In this document: positions 9,630 through 18,736 of the stretch, in pieces
How positions within the stretch are numbered: the stretch's first letter is position 1
Layout: every line of letters begins with the position of its first letter
Source: a virus
Strand: one strand, 5' to 3'
Length of the DNA: 64,000 nucleotides
Virus record (IMG/VR): IMGVR_UViG_3300034031_000013
Location: 11,858 to 75,857 of that record
Made by a program: the position numbers and the translations under genes
The notes under the pieces: generated by a model
The model's input: the letters and a program-made list of their open reading frames with translations, nothing else
Told to the model about the DNA's origin: nothing
Databases searched by the model: none

Positions 9630-9762
9630 AACTCAAACTGACAACCGATTACCTAATGATACACATTGAGATGGAATGGTTTATCCCTTTATACTTTATC
9701 GGAATGTTCCTACTCATCTACAGTCTAATTAAATACAGAAACTCATTAAAGCAGAATACATT

Positions 9763-10029
9763 ATGAAATTATACGAACTATCAACTTGCGGTGAGAAAGA
9801 ATGGATTGCTGCAAACACAATCATTGAAGCTTTACAAGTCTATCACCACATAACGGGTAACACTCCTTTGGATTTAGATTCAGTCGATGACATTAATGAG
9901 GTTCCAGAAGAAAAATGGAAGGACATCGCATTGTGTTTTCCTGACGATAAGGATGAACCAGATATAACCTTTGCTGAAAGAATGAAAGAGGTTACTAAAC
10001 CAGAATATTTAGCTTCAACTTGCTATTAA
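9763..10029 (+). CDS. Hypothetical acidic protein
   Basis: 88 aa ORF. Confidence 0.6.
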   Translation: MKLYELSTCGEKEWIAANTIIEALQVYHHITGNTPLDLDSVDDINEVPEEKWKDIALCFPDDKDEPDITFAERMKEVTKPEYLASTCY

Positions 10030-10032
10030 GCC

Positions 10033-10416
10033 ATGAACAACCCACAACTAGAGGAAGCAGCAAAGCAACGGTACGGCAACGACTTGCATTTATTCGGACA
10101 GCAGAGAGACGGATTTATTGAGGGTGCTAAATGGGCTCTCTCCCAATCAGAAGCAGAACCACCAACAGAAGACAAGCTTAAGGAAGCAGCAAAGGAGCTT
10201 GCGGAAAAAGCCGAATTTAATCCTTCAATTCCAATGGAAACCAGACTGAAAGCAGCCAAAGCTGTGTCGGCCAAGAAATCAGATATGCTAAGGGAAGCGT
10301 TTGAAGCCCTTTTGGATTCGCACCTATTTCATTACTTCGAGACATTAAAAGCCAGAGACATAGCAAAAGCGTTTTGGTACAAGAAAGCCGGATTACCCTT
10401 ACCAGAGAAAAGCTGA
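10033..10416 (+). CDS. Mosaic hypothetical protein
   Basis: LEEAAK...GFIEGAKWA motif typical of Bacteroidota phage early proteins. Confidence 0.65.
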   Translation: MNNPQLEEAAKQRYGNDLHLFGQQRDGFIEGAKWALSQSEAEPPTEDKLKEAAKELAEKAEFNPSIPMETRLKAAKAVSAKKSDMLREAFEALLDSHLFHYFETLKARDIAKAFWYKKAGLPLPEKS

Positions 10417-10424
10417 CAAAATCT

Positions 10425-10832
10425 TGTAATAAATTTATCAGATAATTATTACAGAATCTTATTTGACGGGTATTTGATAAATTATGATTAATCCGTGTTG
10501 AGAGCGATTTTAAAGCTTTTTCTTATTTGACTCGAAAACGGATTAACCAATTCCGCAGTCACTGACTGCAAAATCTTACAAGGATAATCGGCAACAATCC
10601 GATAACGTATTATAAAATTAACAAGTGCTGTAAGTTCGTTTGATTAATAAAACCCGCAAATATATCCTGAACGCTGAAAATACACAGCATACACCGCCAA
10701 ATCTTACTTTTTAAACGCCTTTTGGCGAACTATGAGCCGAATAGACATAACTATCGGCTCATTTACCGATAATCTCTTATATCGCCTAATTGACCGATAA
10801 TAACAAAGCCCCGACTATTTCTAGCGGGGCTT
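10425..10832. repeat. Array of about nine dissimilar inverted repeats (non-coding)
   Basis: Stems at 10425-10453, 10488-10546, 10555-10569, 10587-10603, 10673-10688, 10695-10727, 10732-10762, 10767-10784, 10806-10832. Confidence 0.75.
10801..10832 (-). terminator. Terminator of the late/lysis operon
   Basis: On - strand AAGCCCCG-ctagaaatagt-CGGGGCTT then TGTT. Confidence 0.7.
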
Positions 10833-10876
10833 CTAAATGACCTGTAGGCCGTTCTAATGGTAAACGTATAGGTACA

Positions 10877-11455
10877 TTACATTCTTCTCTTTATAAAATG
10901 CAAGGCCAGTAAAGCCAAGGCGATTCCCGTTGCCCAATTCCTTTGCATCTCCGCTCTATTCTTTCCTTTTAGAGCCTTATCCCTTTCCTGTTCTAATAAA
11001 TATTCCCTTGCCTTATCTACAATCTTCTTGGTAACTGTTGTTCTTATATAGGCTGTATCGCAAGGCTTGTTCTTTAAGGCTTGTATAGCACTTGCTAGGC
11101 TTTTAATAGTCTTATCCTGACTTCTTATTAGTTCATTGCAGTCCTTCTCGCTGTAGATGGTGTCTGCGACGATAATAGGGGCCTTCTGAGCGAGTTTAAG
11201 CAATGAATCAACTAATCTATCATGTTCGGTGTTGTCGGCCTTTACAGTGTCTTGTTTGATCTCGGTTGTTTCCTTTGGTGCAAAGTGTTTAGTGCATTCG
11301 CTTGCAAGCCATTGAGGATGCTTGACACATAGAACCTGGAATCTCTTCTGAGTTGTACAACCGCTACAGGTTATGGCAAGAAAATAAAAGAACACTAGCC
11401 CTATGATGTAGATGCCAAGTAAGGTGGTGGTTGGGTATCTGTTTAACTGTTTCAT
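10877..11455 (-). CDS. Putative spanin with unimolecular architecture
   Basis: N-terminal hydrophobic signal ending AITCSGC, coiled coil, C-terminal TM WATGIALALLALHFI then KRR; last gene of lysis operon. Confidence 0.6.
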   Translation of the reverse strand: MKQLNRYPTTTLLGIYIIGLVFFYFLAITCSGCTTQKRFQVLCVKHPQWLASECTKHFAPKETTEIKQDTVKADNTEHDRLVDSLLKLAQKAPIIVADTIYSEKDCNELIRSQDKTIKSLASAIQALKNKPCDTAYIRTTVTKKIVDKAREYLLEQERDKALKGKNRAEMQRNWATGIALALLALHFIKRRM

Positions 11456-12075
11456 GCGTTTACTTCTATTTCTAATATTTCTGCGTCCTCTATGCCTATA
11501 TCCCCACCATGCTCTTCTCCATCTTCGTTAAATACCACCATATAGGCATGTCTTTGCTCGTCCACGCCGCGAACTGGGAACTTCCGGCCTATCTTGTCGG
11601 CATACCAATTCTGCTTATCGAAGCAAGAAATTACCCTAGCCATCTTGATTTTCTTCTTACCGCCACTTATAGCAGTCTCCAATAGATTGTTATATTCGGG
11701 TATCGTGAACTCTTTCGGCTCTAATTGTGTAGATGTGAAATATCTATCTACAGGCACGTCATTCAAGCATTCGTTGTGCATTAGCATATTAAGCCCAAAA
11801 AGAATTGCCGATAAATGATCCTCTTTGTCAATTCCCATCTTACTTGCCTGCTCAGGGAACTTGTGGCACATCTTCGCTTGAGTGTAGTGCCTGTCCATGC
11901 TTCTCCAAACTTCCTTGTCGGGCTGTCCTAGCTCCCAATTCCCATCCCCGTACTTCTGCCCTTTTTTCATATGATACCCGTATCGCATCAGCATATAGGG
12001 GTTTAACTCCATAGGTAGAGGCTTCATGCTGTCGTCATCCCTCCTGCTTCCTGATTCAAATTGTCTTTGTTCCAT
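11452..12075 (-). CDS. dATP/dGTP diphosphohydrolase-like protein (DUF5664)
   Basis: RQFESGSRRD...KGQKYGDGNWELG...SMDRH...EDHLSAILF. Confidence 0.8.
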   Translation of the reverse strand: MEQRQFESGSRRDDDSMKPLPMELNPYMLMRYGYHMKKGQKYGDGNWELGQPDKEVWRSMDRHYTQAKMCHKFPEQASKMGIDKEDHLSAILFGLNMLMHNECLNDVPVDRYFTSTQLEPKEFTIPEYNNLLETAISGGKKKIKMARVISCFDKQNWYADKIGRKFPVRGVDEQRHAYMVVFNEDGEEHGGDIGIEDAEILEIEVNA

Positions 12076-12190
12076 AATTGCCTCTATTTTACTCTTACTG
12101 ATTCCCTTGATAGTTTCTTTAGCTCCTCAAGGACGTATTGGGTGAGCTTTATTAATTCCTGTAGTTTATTTCTCTCTTGATCTGTCATGG

Positions 12191-13234
12191 CTAAAAAATG
12201 TGGGTGAAACGAGCTATTTGTCCTTGAGTTGGAGAGTGTACATACCCCTCAACGGCTTTAGGGCTATGTTGAAAGCCATTTTTTGCGTGCCAACTATCTG
12301 TACCACTTGGGCTTCTTAGTGTCTCCACGCAGACGCTACCGTAGTCCTTACTGATTTTATGGTGTAAGTGATGTATGTAGAAATAGCGATGCTTGCAGTT
12401 GTGCCAATGTTCGCTTGCTTCTTGCGCCATAAGCAAAGGCAGGTCTGCTGTTTTAGCCCCGTCACCGTGAGTTGTACCGATCAGGTTCTGTCCGTAGGGG
12501 TAATACTTACGATGGCTTATAGAGGCGTTAAACGTCACGTCGGGGCAATTCCTAAACCAAGCTGTTAACGCTTGAGCTAGAAAGAACCCATTGGTGTAAT
12601 CGTGGTTTGATGGGTCGTACTGAACGTGAACGGGGGCAACCAATCTTAATGCTTCGATAATATCTACGTCAAGCTGAAAGCCTATCATATAGTTATCGTA
12701 CCACATACCTGTTGTGTCTTGGTGGGTAGAGCCTGTTGTTGTATTCTTAGGTGTATCTATATGTAGTTTATCGTTCCCTACGATATAAAGAATCTTCTCG
12801 ATATTAAACCCTGCCGATTTATCTAATATCCCCTGTACGCCTTCTTTAACCCTTTGTACGGCAATCTGATTGTTATACTCCTCGCCTGTTTCAAAGGCAC
12901 TACATAGTTTACCTATATGAACATCTGCGGGGTCAATTACAAGCAAGTGGGGGTCAAGGACAGGCTCTCTTTTTACGGGTTCGAATTGAGGACTGTGACT
13001 TTGCATCTTTTCGATAATGCCATTTAGCACATCCTCGATATTCAGCTTCTTCTTTCCTACATTCATAGAAAAGTGCTCCGACTTAAACCAATAGTAGTTC
13101 ACATCGTCAATAGGGATATTCTTAGCCTCGCACTCATCCGCTAATGCTTTGTGCTGATTGCGCTTTGCATCTATAATCGCCCACTCACTAGCACTAAGCC
13201 TCTTTCGGATTGTCAGCCTTTCCATTTCTGACAT
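12191..13234 (-). CDS. Calcineurin-like metallophosphoesterase / nuclease
   Basis: ADVHIGK, GNDKLH, SNHD, THGD, HHLHH motifs. Confidence 0.85.
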   Translation of the reverse strand: MSEMERLTIRKRLSASEWAIIDAKRNQHKALADECEAKNIPIDDVNYYWFKSEHFSMNVGKKKLNIEDVLNGIIEKMQSHSPQFEPVKREPVLDPHLLVIDPADVHIGKLCSAFETGEEYNNQIAVQRVKEGVQGILDKSAGFNIEKILYIVGNDKLHIDTPKNTTTGSTHQDTTGMWYDNYMIGFQLDVDIIEALRLVAPVHVQYDPSNHDYTNGFFLAQALTAWFRNCPDVTFNASISHRKYYPYGQNLIGTTHGDGAKTADLPLLMAQEASEHWHNCKHRYFYIHHLHHKISKDYGSVCVETLRSPSGTDSWHAKNGFQHSPKAVEGYVHSPTQGQIARFTHIF

Positions 13235-13237
13235 ATC

Positions 13238-13465
13238 TTAGGCTTGAGGTGAATCAACTTTTGCAAATGTTGCAACGGTTGACATAACGAACCCTGCTGT
13301 AGCTACATATCCTGCGATCTTAGACACTATCTCGGGGAGATGGATGTAATCGGGGGTTACTAATAAAGCTGCGCTTACGGTCGTTAAATAAAGCCCTATC
13401 GCCCTAATCTTTTTAAAGAATAGCGGGGTCTTCGATTTAAAGCGTTCAATTAATTCTTTCATCAT
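13238..13465 (-). CDS. Putative holin
   Basis: 75 aa, two TM segments, SKTPLFFKKIR N-terminus, directly after endolysin. Confidence 0.7.
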   Translation of the reverse strand: MMKELIERFKSKTPLFFKKIRAIGLYLTTVSAALLVTPDYIHLPEIVSKIAGYVATAGFVMSTVATFAKVDSPQA

Positions 13466-13498
13466 GCGTTTTATTGTTATTCCGATGCCAGTCGGGTG

Positions 13499-14062
13499 TT
13501 ATTTATATTCGATTAGGATATAAGGGAACTTGGTTTGCTTGTTCCGTTTTAGTTGATCTTTTAGAGACTCCCTGAATGAAGCCCATTGTGGCTTAGGGAT
13601 TGTTTGGCAACCCTCCGAGCTAGTTGTATTCATTCCCCCATCGTGAATATTAATCCAAAAAGGGGAGGCGGGACTATCCTTTACTATACCGTCTTTCCCA
13701 TCTCTAACCACCTGTATTCCGAAACTTGCCTGCCTAAAAGCCTCCCTTGGGTTCTTGCCTGAAATCCCATGTATCCCAACCTTGTAAAACACTACTTGAG
13801 GTGCAACCAATGTCGCTATCCCTTGCCTTGTTACCGATGGGTCTGTATTTGCGTTAAACGATGCGTACATATCGGGCGAAATGATAAACATTGCATCGTC
13901 GTAAATTCCAACATCATTCTTTAAAGGGTTGCCCATAGTAGACTTGTAGTACCCTCTAATGCCCAATACCTTAACAGGGTATTCATCTAAGCCGAAAGCC
14001 GATAACTCCTTTAAAGCGTCTTGCAATGTCATCTTGGGTTTACTGTTTGGTATTGCGCTCAT
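13499..14062 (-). CDS. Endolysin with YkuD/L,D-peptidase-like His-Cys motif
   Basis: VLGIRG, YDD, NTDPS, INIHDGG...SSEGCQTIP; first gene of lysis operon. Confidence 0.7.
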   Translation of the reverse strand: MSAIPNSKPKMTLQDALKELSAFGLDEYPVKVLGIRGYYKSTMGNPLKNDVGIYDDAMFIISPDMYASFNANTDPSVTRQGIATLVAPQVVFYKVGIHGISGKNPREAFRQASFGIQVVRDGKDGIVKDSPASPFWINIHDGGMNTTSSEGCQTIPKPQWASFRESLKDQLKRNKQTKFPYILIEYK

Positions 14063-14084
14063 TGTCTGATTTTTGGGTAAAAAG

Positions 14085-14143
14085 AAAGTGCCTTACTGTT
14101 TGATGTAATAAAGTTACACCATTAGGTAAGGCACTTTTGAGGC
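14085..14143 (-). promoter_or_regulatory. Late promoter embedded in a terminator hairpin (upstream of endolysin)
   Basis: GCCTC-AAAA-GTGCC-N13-TAACTTTA overlapping the 12-bp stem AAAGTGCCTTAC/GTAAGGCACTTT. Confidence 0.65.
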
Positions 14144-14240
14144 TCTAGGCGGCCTACGAGTTTATTTCAAATCCCGATAATTGTATATTTTAATGTTTAT
14201 TACCTACATTTGCTTCTAATTTGATAAAAAAACTACCAAT

Positions 14241-14660
14241 ATGATAAAAAAACTACCAATACTACTATTGGCTTTAATGTCAGTAAGCTGCGGTGAAATT
14301 AAGCCGTACTCAACATTCCTACTAGACGCAGAAGCTTATGTTAACAACAAGAAGGTGCTTAGTAATATCGCTTTTCTAAGTCCAGCGCAAGAGTATATTG
14401 TTAAAGATTCACAAGCACTGACAGATTACTTTAAAAGCAATCCCGAGAACTCCAAAAAATCCACCTACAGGTATATGGCTGACTTGCCAGCGGGTAATTA
14501 CATTATCGCAATCCAAATAATCGACAGTAGTGTAACTAATATGATTGGTTCTTATGCCTACAAGCAAATAAGGCTTGATGAACAACATCTAGGAGCAGAG
14601 AATGTAATGCGATTCGCCCTCTCAAATAGGAGAACCCGCCAAAACTGGAAAGAAGATTAG
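14241..14660 (+). CDS. Lipoprotein (moron)
   Basis: Signal MIKKLPILLLALMSVS-C; TACATTTG promoter at 14204-14211. Confidence 0.7.
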   Translation: MIKKLPILLLALMSVSCGEIKPYSTFLLDAEAYVNNKKVLSNIAFLSPAQEYIVKDSQALTDYFKSNPENSKKSTYRYMADLPAGNYIIAIQIIDSSVTNMIGSYAYKQIRLDEQHLGAENVMRFALSNRRTRQNWKED

Positions 14661-14676
14661 ACCCCCTGTATATACC

Positions 14677-15744
14677 TTGATGAAAAATACTATCCGTCCT
14701 TTTAATTGGGAATTATTATCAATAACCAGATTTGTACTCGCGTTCATAGTGCTGGCGAATCACTTAAAAGATTTTACAAGTATTGGGATTTTCAATATAT
14801 TCCCGATGTTTGGAGCGTTTGAAGCTATTTTTGGATTTCTGCTGATTAGTGGATTGTCAATTGGAAAGTCAATAGCTAAAAATAAAGAATCATATTTCAA
14901 AAGACGGGCAAACCGTATCTACCCTGTATACATAGCTAGTATACTGTTTCAATGGGCTGTGATTCAACCTACAAGCGTTGATTTGTTGTTTATTGGGGTG
15001 TTGCTTTTGAATGTCCTTTTCCTGAATCAGATACTCACAAACATATCATTTGTAGAACCTGCGTGGACATTAGCCGTTGAGGTATGGCTATACTGCCTAG
15101 CCCCTTGGTTTCTTAAGTTGTCATTTAAGCAGGTTTTTGTAATTATCTACACTTCGGTTATATGTTACGTAGCGTTCACTTGTGGCCGTACATTATTCAA
15201 CTGGAATTACTACTCAGGAATAGGATATGGGCTAAATATCTTATTTTTAGCTTTTGTTTGGGTAATAGGATTCGCCCTTGCTGTTTTCCCTGAAAAAAGA
15301 AGATTTATAATATTAAATATCGCATTAATATTTATTCTACATATTGGGTTGTCTGCTTCGATACAGGCAGCGTACCGTTATAAGCATAATGAGGTTAGTA
15401 TGTTTATCGGTAGCGATCTTATAGGCTTCGCATTTAAGTCTTTATGTTTATTAATGGTATACCTAGTAGTTGTCTATAATCATAGGTTCCCTACATTCAC
15501 AACTTTTACCAAAAAAACATTCACATTGCTTGGTAATATATCCTACCCATTATATTTAACGCATATCACTTCATTCGTTTTATTGAAAAAGTGGAACATT
15601 AGCAACTCAACGGGCATGATTGTCTTTTCGTTAGGGGTTTCGTATATTATATATATTCTATTTGACTCTTATAGTAAAAAACGAGAAGTAAAAGGAATAT
15701 CTAAGCCTTTTTCAGATAAGATTTTAGAATATACTGGAAATTGA
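14677..15744 (+). CDS. Acyltransferase-3 (OafA-like) membrane O-acetyltransferase
   Basis: RFVLAFIVLANH, FLLISG, YFKRRANRIYP, WTLAVEVWLY, LGNISYPLYLTH; about 10 TMs. Confidence 0.9.
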   Translation: MMKNTIRPFNWELLSITRFVLAFIVLANHLKDFTSIGIFNIFPMFGAFEAIFGFLLISGLSIGKSIAKNKESYFKRRANRIYPVYIASILFQWAVIQPTSVDLLFIGVLLLNVLFLNQILTNISFVEPAWTLAVEVWLYCLAPWFLKLSFKQVFVIIYTSVICYVAFTCGRTLFNWNYYSGIGYGLNILFLAFVWVIGFALAVFPEKRRFIILNIALIFILHIGLSASIQAAYRYKHNEVSMFIGSDLIGFAFKSLCLLMVYLVVVYNHRFPTFTTFTKKTFTLLGNISYPLYLTHITSFVLLKKWNISNSTGMIVFSLGVSYIIYILFDSYSKKREVKGISKPFSDKILEYTGN

Positions 15745-15754
15745 TTCGAGGTAA

Positions 15755-18736
15755 TTACTTCTTAAACCAAACTTCTTTCAGATTAATCCACTTGCGATAC
15801 GCTGGTGCCCCATCATTTATAAAGCAGGTTACTCTAAGCTTTGTAGGATTATTAATGTTCGCACCTGCTTCTGATAGTGTGCTCGTTGTTTGGACTGCAT
15901 GATTCGCGTATTTGAATGAAAGAATCCCATTATTCGCACTTATAGACAATGGTTGATGCTTTCTTACCTGCAATAGCAAACGTACCCTGCCTGCTTCATC
16001 TGCCAACACAGTTTGCTTGATGGTTTTGTCGTTTCCGGTAATCCTCAATCCTTGATATTGTTCAGTACCTAGATTATTGTCGGTGATGAAAAACCTTGCT
16101 ATAACCTTATTTGCGCTGTCAATAACATCATAATAAATACCAGCAAGATTGCCGGTAGCGCCACCATGAAACTCATTGTTTTCAAAGCTGATTAAGGATG
16201 TAAGTTGCCAAACAGGAGTATTGGTATTAACACCCAATGAGAAAGTTTCTACCGCATCAACCGAAGGGTCAAGTGTTTTTATCCAAATGTCTTTGCTCTT
16301 TGCTACATCGTAAGAATGTTCTCCTACCGTAATTAATGCAGATGGATTCGTATAGCCATCACCGTAATCGTTTAAAGGGAACCTAGTTATACCTAGCAAC
16401 CCATTGACAACAGTTTGACCGCTCACAAGACCGCTTAAAACATCTAATCCTTTGCTGGTTACAGAAAGAGCTGTACTGGTAGCAGTTTGGATTTGAATGG
16501 TATTTAAACCTGTGATTCTCCATAAGTGAATACCACCGTGAACACTTTCATCGCCGTGAATAAGGTACATCACTCCGTTTATTTCGAATAGCTGAGGTGT
16601 AACTGCGTTACCCGCAACTCCCTCCAATGGATAGTCTGATAGCCTGTCAGCACCAAACGTATTTATATACAATCCGCTTTCGTGGAGATGGGTGTAATAG
16701 TTGCACTGTCCACCTTTTCTAAACTCCCCATAATCTCCCCACATAACATTACTGCCTAAAGCCATTGCCACATTCCCGGCATTTCCCGAGTAGGGTTTGT
16801 TTTCTGGCGGATCGCTAGCAGGCCGCCTGTTATAGTTTCCAATATCAAACCTTCCATCGGTGGGATAGTCGCCTTTATATCCTATACGAGTGGTTCTTGC
16901 ATCTCTCCAAAGAAACTGACCTGTACTCACATCAATTGCCCCAAGCCTGAAACTATCTTTATCAAATTCGCTTACACCTCCCTGGAAAGAAAGCAGATAG
17001 CCCGATTGAGTAACCTCCCCTGCTAGTGGTTGTCTTGGACCGCCTGCTTTGGGGTCTTTATCACCAACAGTTACAGAAGCAACGTTTTGAACCGTACCAT
17101 AAACAGGATTATGTTGAGCCGTAAAGCTTAGTAAGGGCTTGGAAATCCATGTTTGTACTTTGGTAGTATCATTGAACAGGTAGTTAGATTTTATAGAGCC
17201 ATCGGGATACATTTTCCCGAAAGGAATATCCATTACAACCCCTGTATTTCTTAACCCTGAAACTGTATTTAGTTCAACGATATGGTACGCATCCTCTCTT
17301 ACTCCGTAGGTTCTTCCGTTGGATAATGTGGCAAACTCTTTTAATGTAGCATAAACACCATCGCTTGATTCTTGCCAGTTGTATTTAAGAACAGCCTTTT
17401 GCCTGATGTCGGCGGCTGAATAATCAACTTCGTATTCAAGAAAGCCGGCAATTAACCTTGATGGATTGTTCTTGTCAACTAAAGTGTTGTACGTTCTCCC
17501 CAAGTAGGAAACCTTCTCTATTAGAACATTAGATGCTGAAAAATGCAGCATTCTGAAATTACCAGGATCAACAACCCAATAGCTGCCATCATTAAGAATC
17601 GCTAACGAACCAGCATCCCGTATCCCTTCCACGTATTTCCTAAAGCAGAACTTGTTATCAGCTACTACCGGGCTGTTAATGTTTCCTCCTGCAATGCCTA
17701 TGCTATTGGTTTGAACGCCCGTAGTAGTGTTATAACATTTTACTTGCTGTCCTGCACTCCCTCCATTCACAACCCCAACTGTTGAGCCGTTTATATAAAT
17801 GTCAAGTACGTTGTTAAAAGCCGGAAGGGTTAGCGAAATACTGCCTAAGCTACCATCGCTATTAAGAACCCGTTTAGTAATTGTATCATTCGAACTTACC
17901 CAAATAGTAGAACCTTCTGCCCATAATTGCTTAGGTGCTGTGATGGCGATATTCCTTACAAATGCGCCTGTTAGCTTATTGTAAACACCGATAATATTAG
18001 CATCCTTTCTTGGGATGAACAGATAAGTAGTTCCAACAGATACGCCCGAAATCTTTACTCCGTCCGTTCTAAGGCCAATGGAACTGAATGTCGTTCCCTC
18101 CTGCATCTTTATGTTTGTGCCGGAAGAAAACGTTACCACTTCATTATTATCTACCCTTGTAGCGAAAACAAAGGTGCTGTTTGGGTTATATGGATCAAAC
18201 CCTGCCCAATAAACGTAAGTGCCGTCTGTTGTGAGGTACTCTGTTTTCTGATTGTTGCCTTCCTGTATGTTTATAGCGTCTTTCCTTATCTGAGGGGTAT
18301 TTAGTTCAAAGTAGTACTGTGCCGCCCTTCCTTCACCATATCCGCTACATAGATAAGCTCTGTTGCCTGTAATTCTTATTCCTTCATAAGCATCCCAAGG
18401 ACGGTGCATATCATCGCCAACCTGATTTGTGGATGAATTGCCCATTACACCAAGCCACTCATACTTCACATCATGCGATAAAACTCTTATCTCATAAGAA
18501 CTTCTTGGAAGCGGGGCAACTTCCCCAAAGTCGAGCAACCCATCCCATTTTCTTACGTGCGTTCCAGCCTCGAAAAATTCACCAGACCAAAGGTTTCTGA
18601 CTTTATTAGGGCTATTTTTAACGTAGACGGCTGCACTTTTCTTTCCTGCTGTTGCCAAGGTAAAGGAGAAGTTATCACCAACCGGCTGAACCGGAACTGT
18701 TATTATTCTGATGCCCAGTACTTTTGTCTTTGCCAT
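15755..18736 (-). CDS. FlgD-Ig-like + beta-propeller protein, probable tail/receptor-binding protein
   Basis: KVRNLWSGEFFEAGTHVRKWDGLLDFGEVAP FlgD-Ig motif; NHL-like blades; coupled to upstream fibre gene. Confidence 0.6.
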   Translation of the reverse strand: MAKTKVLGIRIITVPVQPVGDNFSFTLATAGKKSAAVYVKNSPNKVRNLWSGEFFEAGTHVRKWDGLLDFGEVAPLPRSSYEIRVLSHDVKYEWLGVMGNSSTNQVGDDMHRPWDAYEGIRITGNRAYLCSGYGEGRAAQYYFELNTPQIRKDAINIQEGNNQKTEYLTTDGTYVYWAGFDPYNPNSTFVFATRVDNNEVVTFSSGTNIKMQEGTTFSSIGLRTDGVKISGVSVGTTYLFIPRKDANIIGVYNKLTGAFVRNIAITAPKQLWAEGSTIWVSSNDTITKRVLNSDGSLGSISLTLPAFNNVLDIYINGSTVGVVNGGSAGQQVKCYNTTTGVQTNSIGIAGGNINSPVVADNKFCFRKYVEGIRDAGSLAILNDGSYWVVDPGNFRMLHFSASNVLIEKVSYLGRTYNTLVDKNNPSRLIAGFLEYEVDYSAADIRQKAVLKYNWQESSDGVYATLKEFATLSNGRTYGVREDAYHIVELNTVSGLRNTGVVMDIPFGKMYPDGSIKSNYLFNDTTKVQTWISKPLLSFTAQHNPVYGTVQNVASVTVGDKDPKAGGPRQPLAGEVTQSGYLLSFQGGVSEFDKDSFRLGAIDVSTGQFLWRDARTTRIGYKGDYPTDGRFDIGNYNRRPASDPPENKPYSGNAGNVAMALGSNVMWGDYGEFRKGGQCNYYTHLHESGLYINTFGADRLSDYPLEGVAGNAVTPQLFEINGVMYLIHGDESVHGGIHLWRITGLNTIQIQTATSTALSVTSKGLDVLSGLVSGQTVVNGLLGITRFPLNDYGDGYTNPSALITVGEHSYDVAKSKDIWIKTLDPSVDAVETFSLGVNTNTPVWQLTSLISFENNEFHGGATGNLAGIYYDVIDSANKVIARFFITDNNLGTEQYQGLRITGNDKTIKQTVLADEAGRVRLLLQVRKHQPLSISANNGILSFKYANHAVQTTSTLSEAGANINNPTKLRVTCFINDGAPAYRKWINLKEVWFKK

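Noticed and set aside
10425-10832. CRISPR or mini-array interpretation of the hairpin series
   Set aside because: No repeated 25-40 bp unit and no cas genes
11452-12075. Z-genome (2-aminoadenine) pathway
   Set aside because: No purZ or phage DNA polymerase in the window
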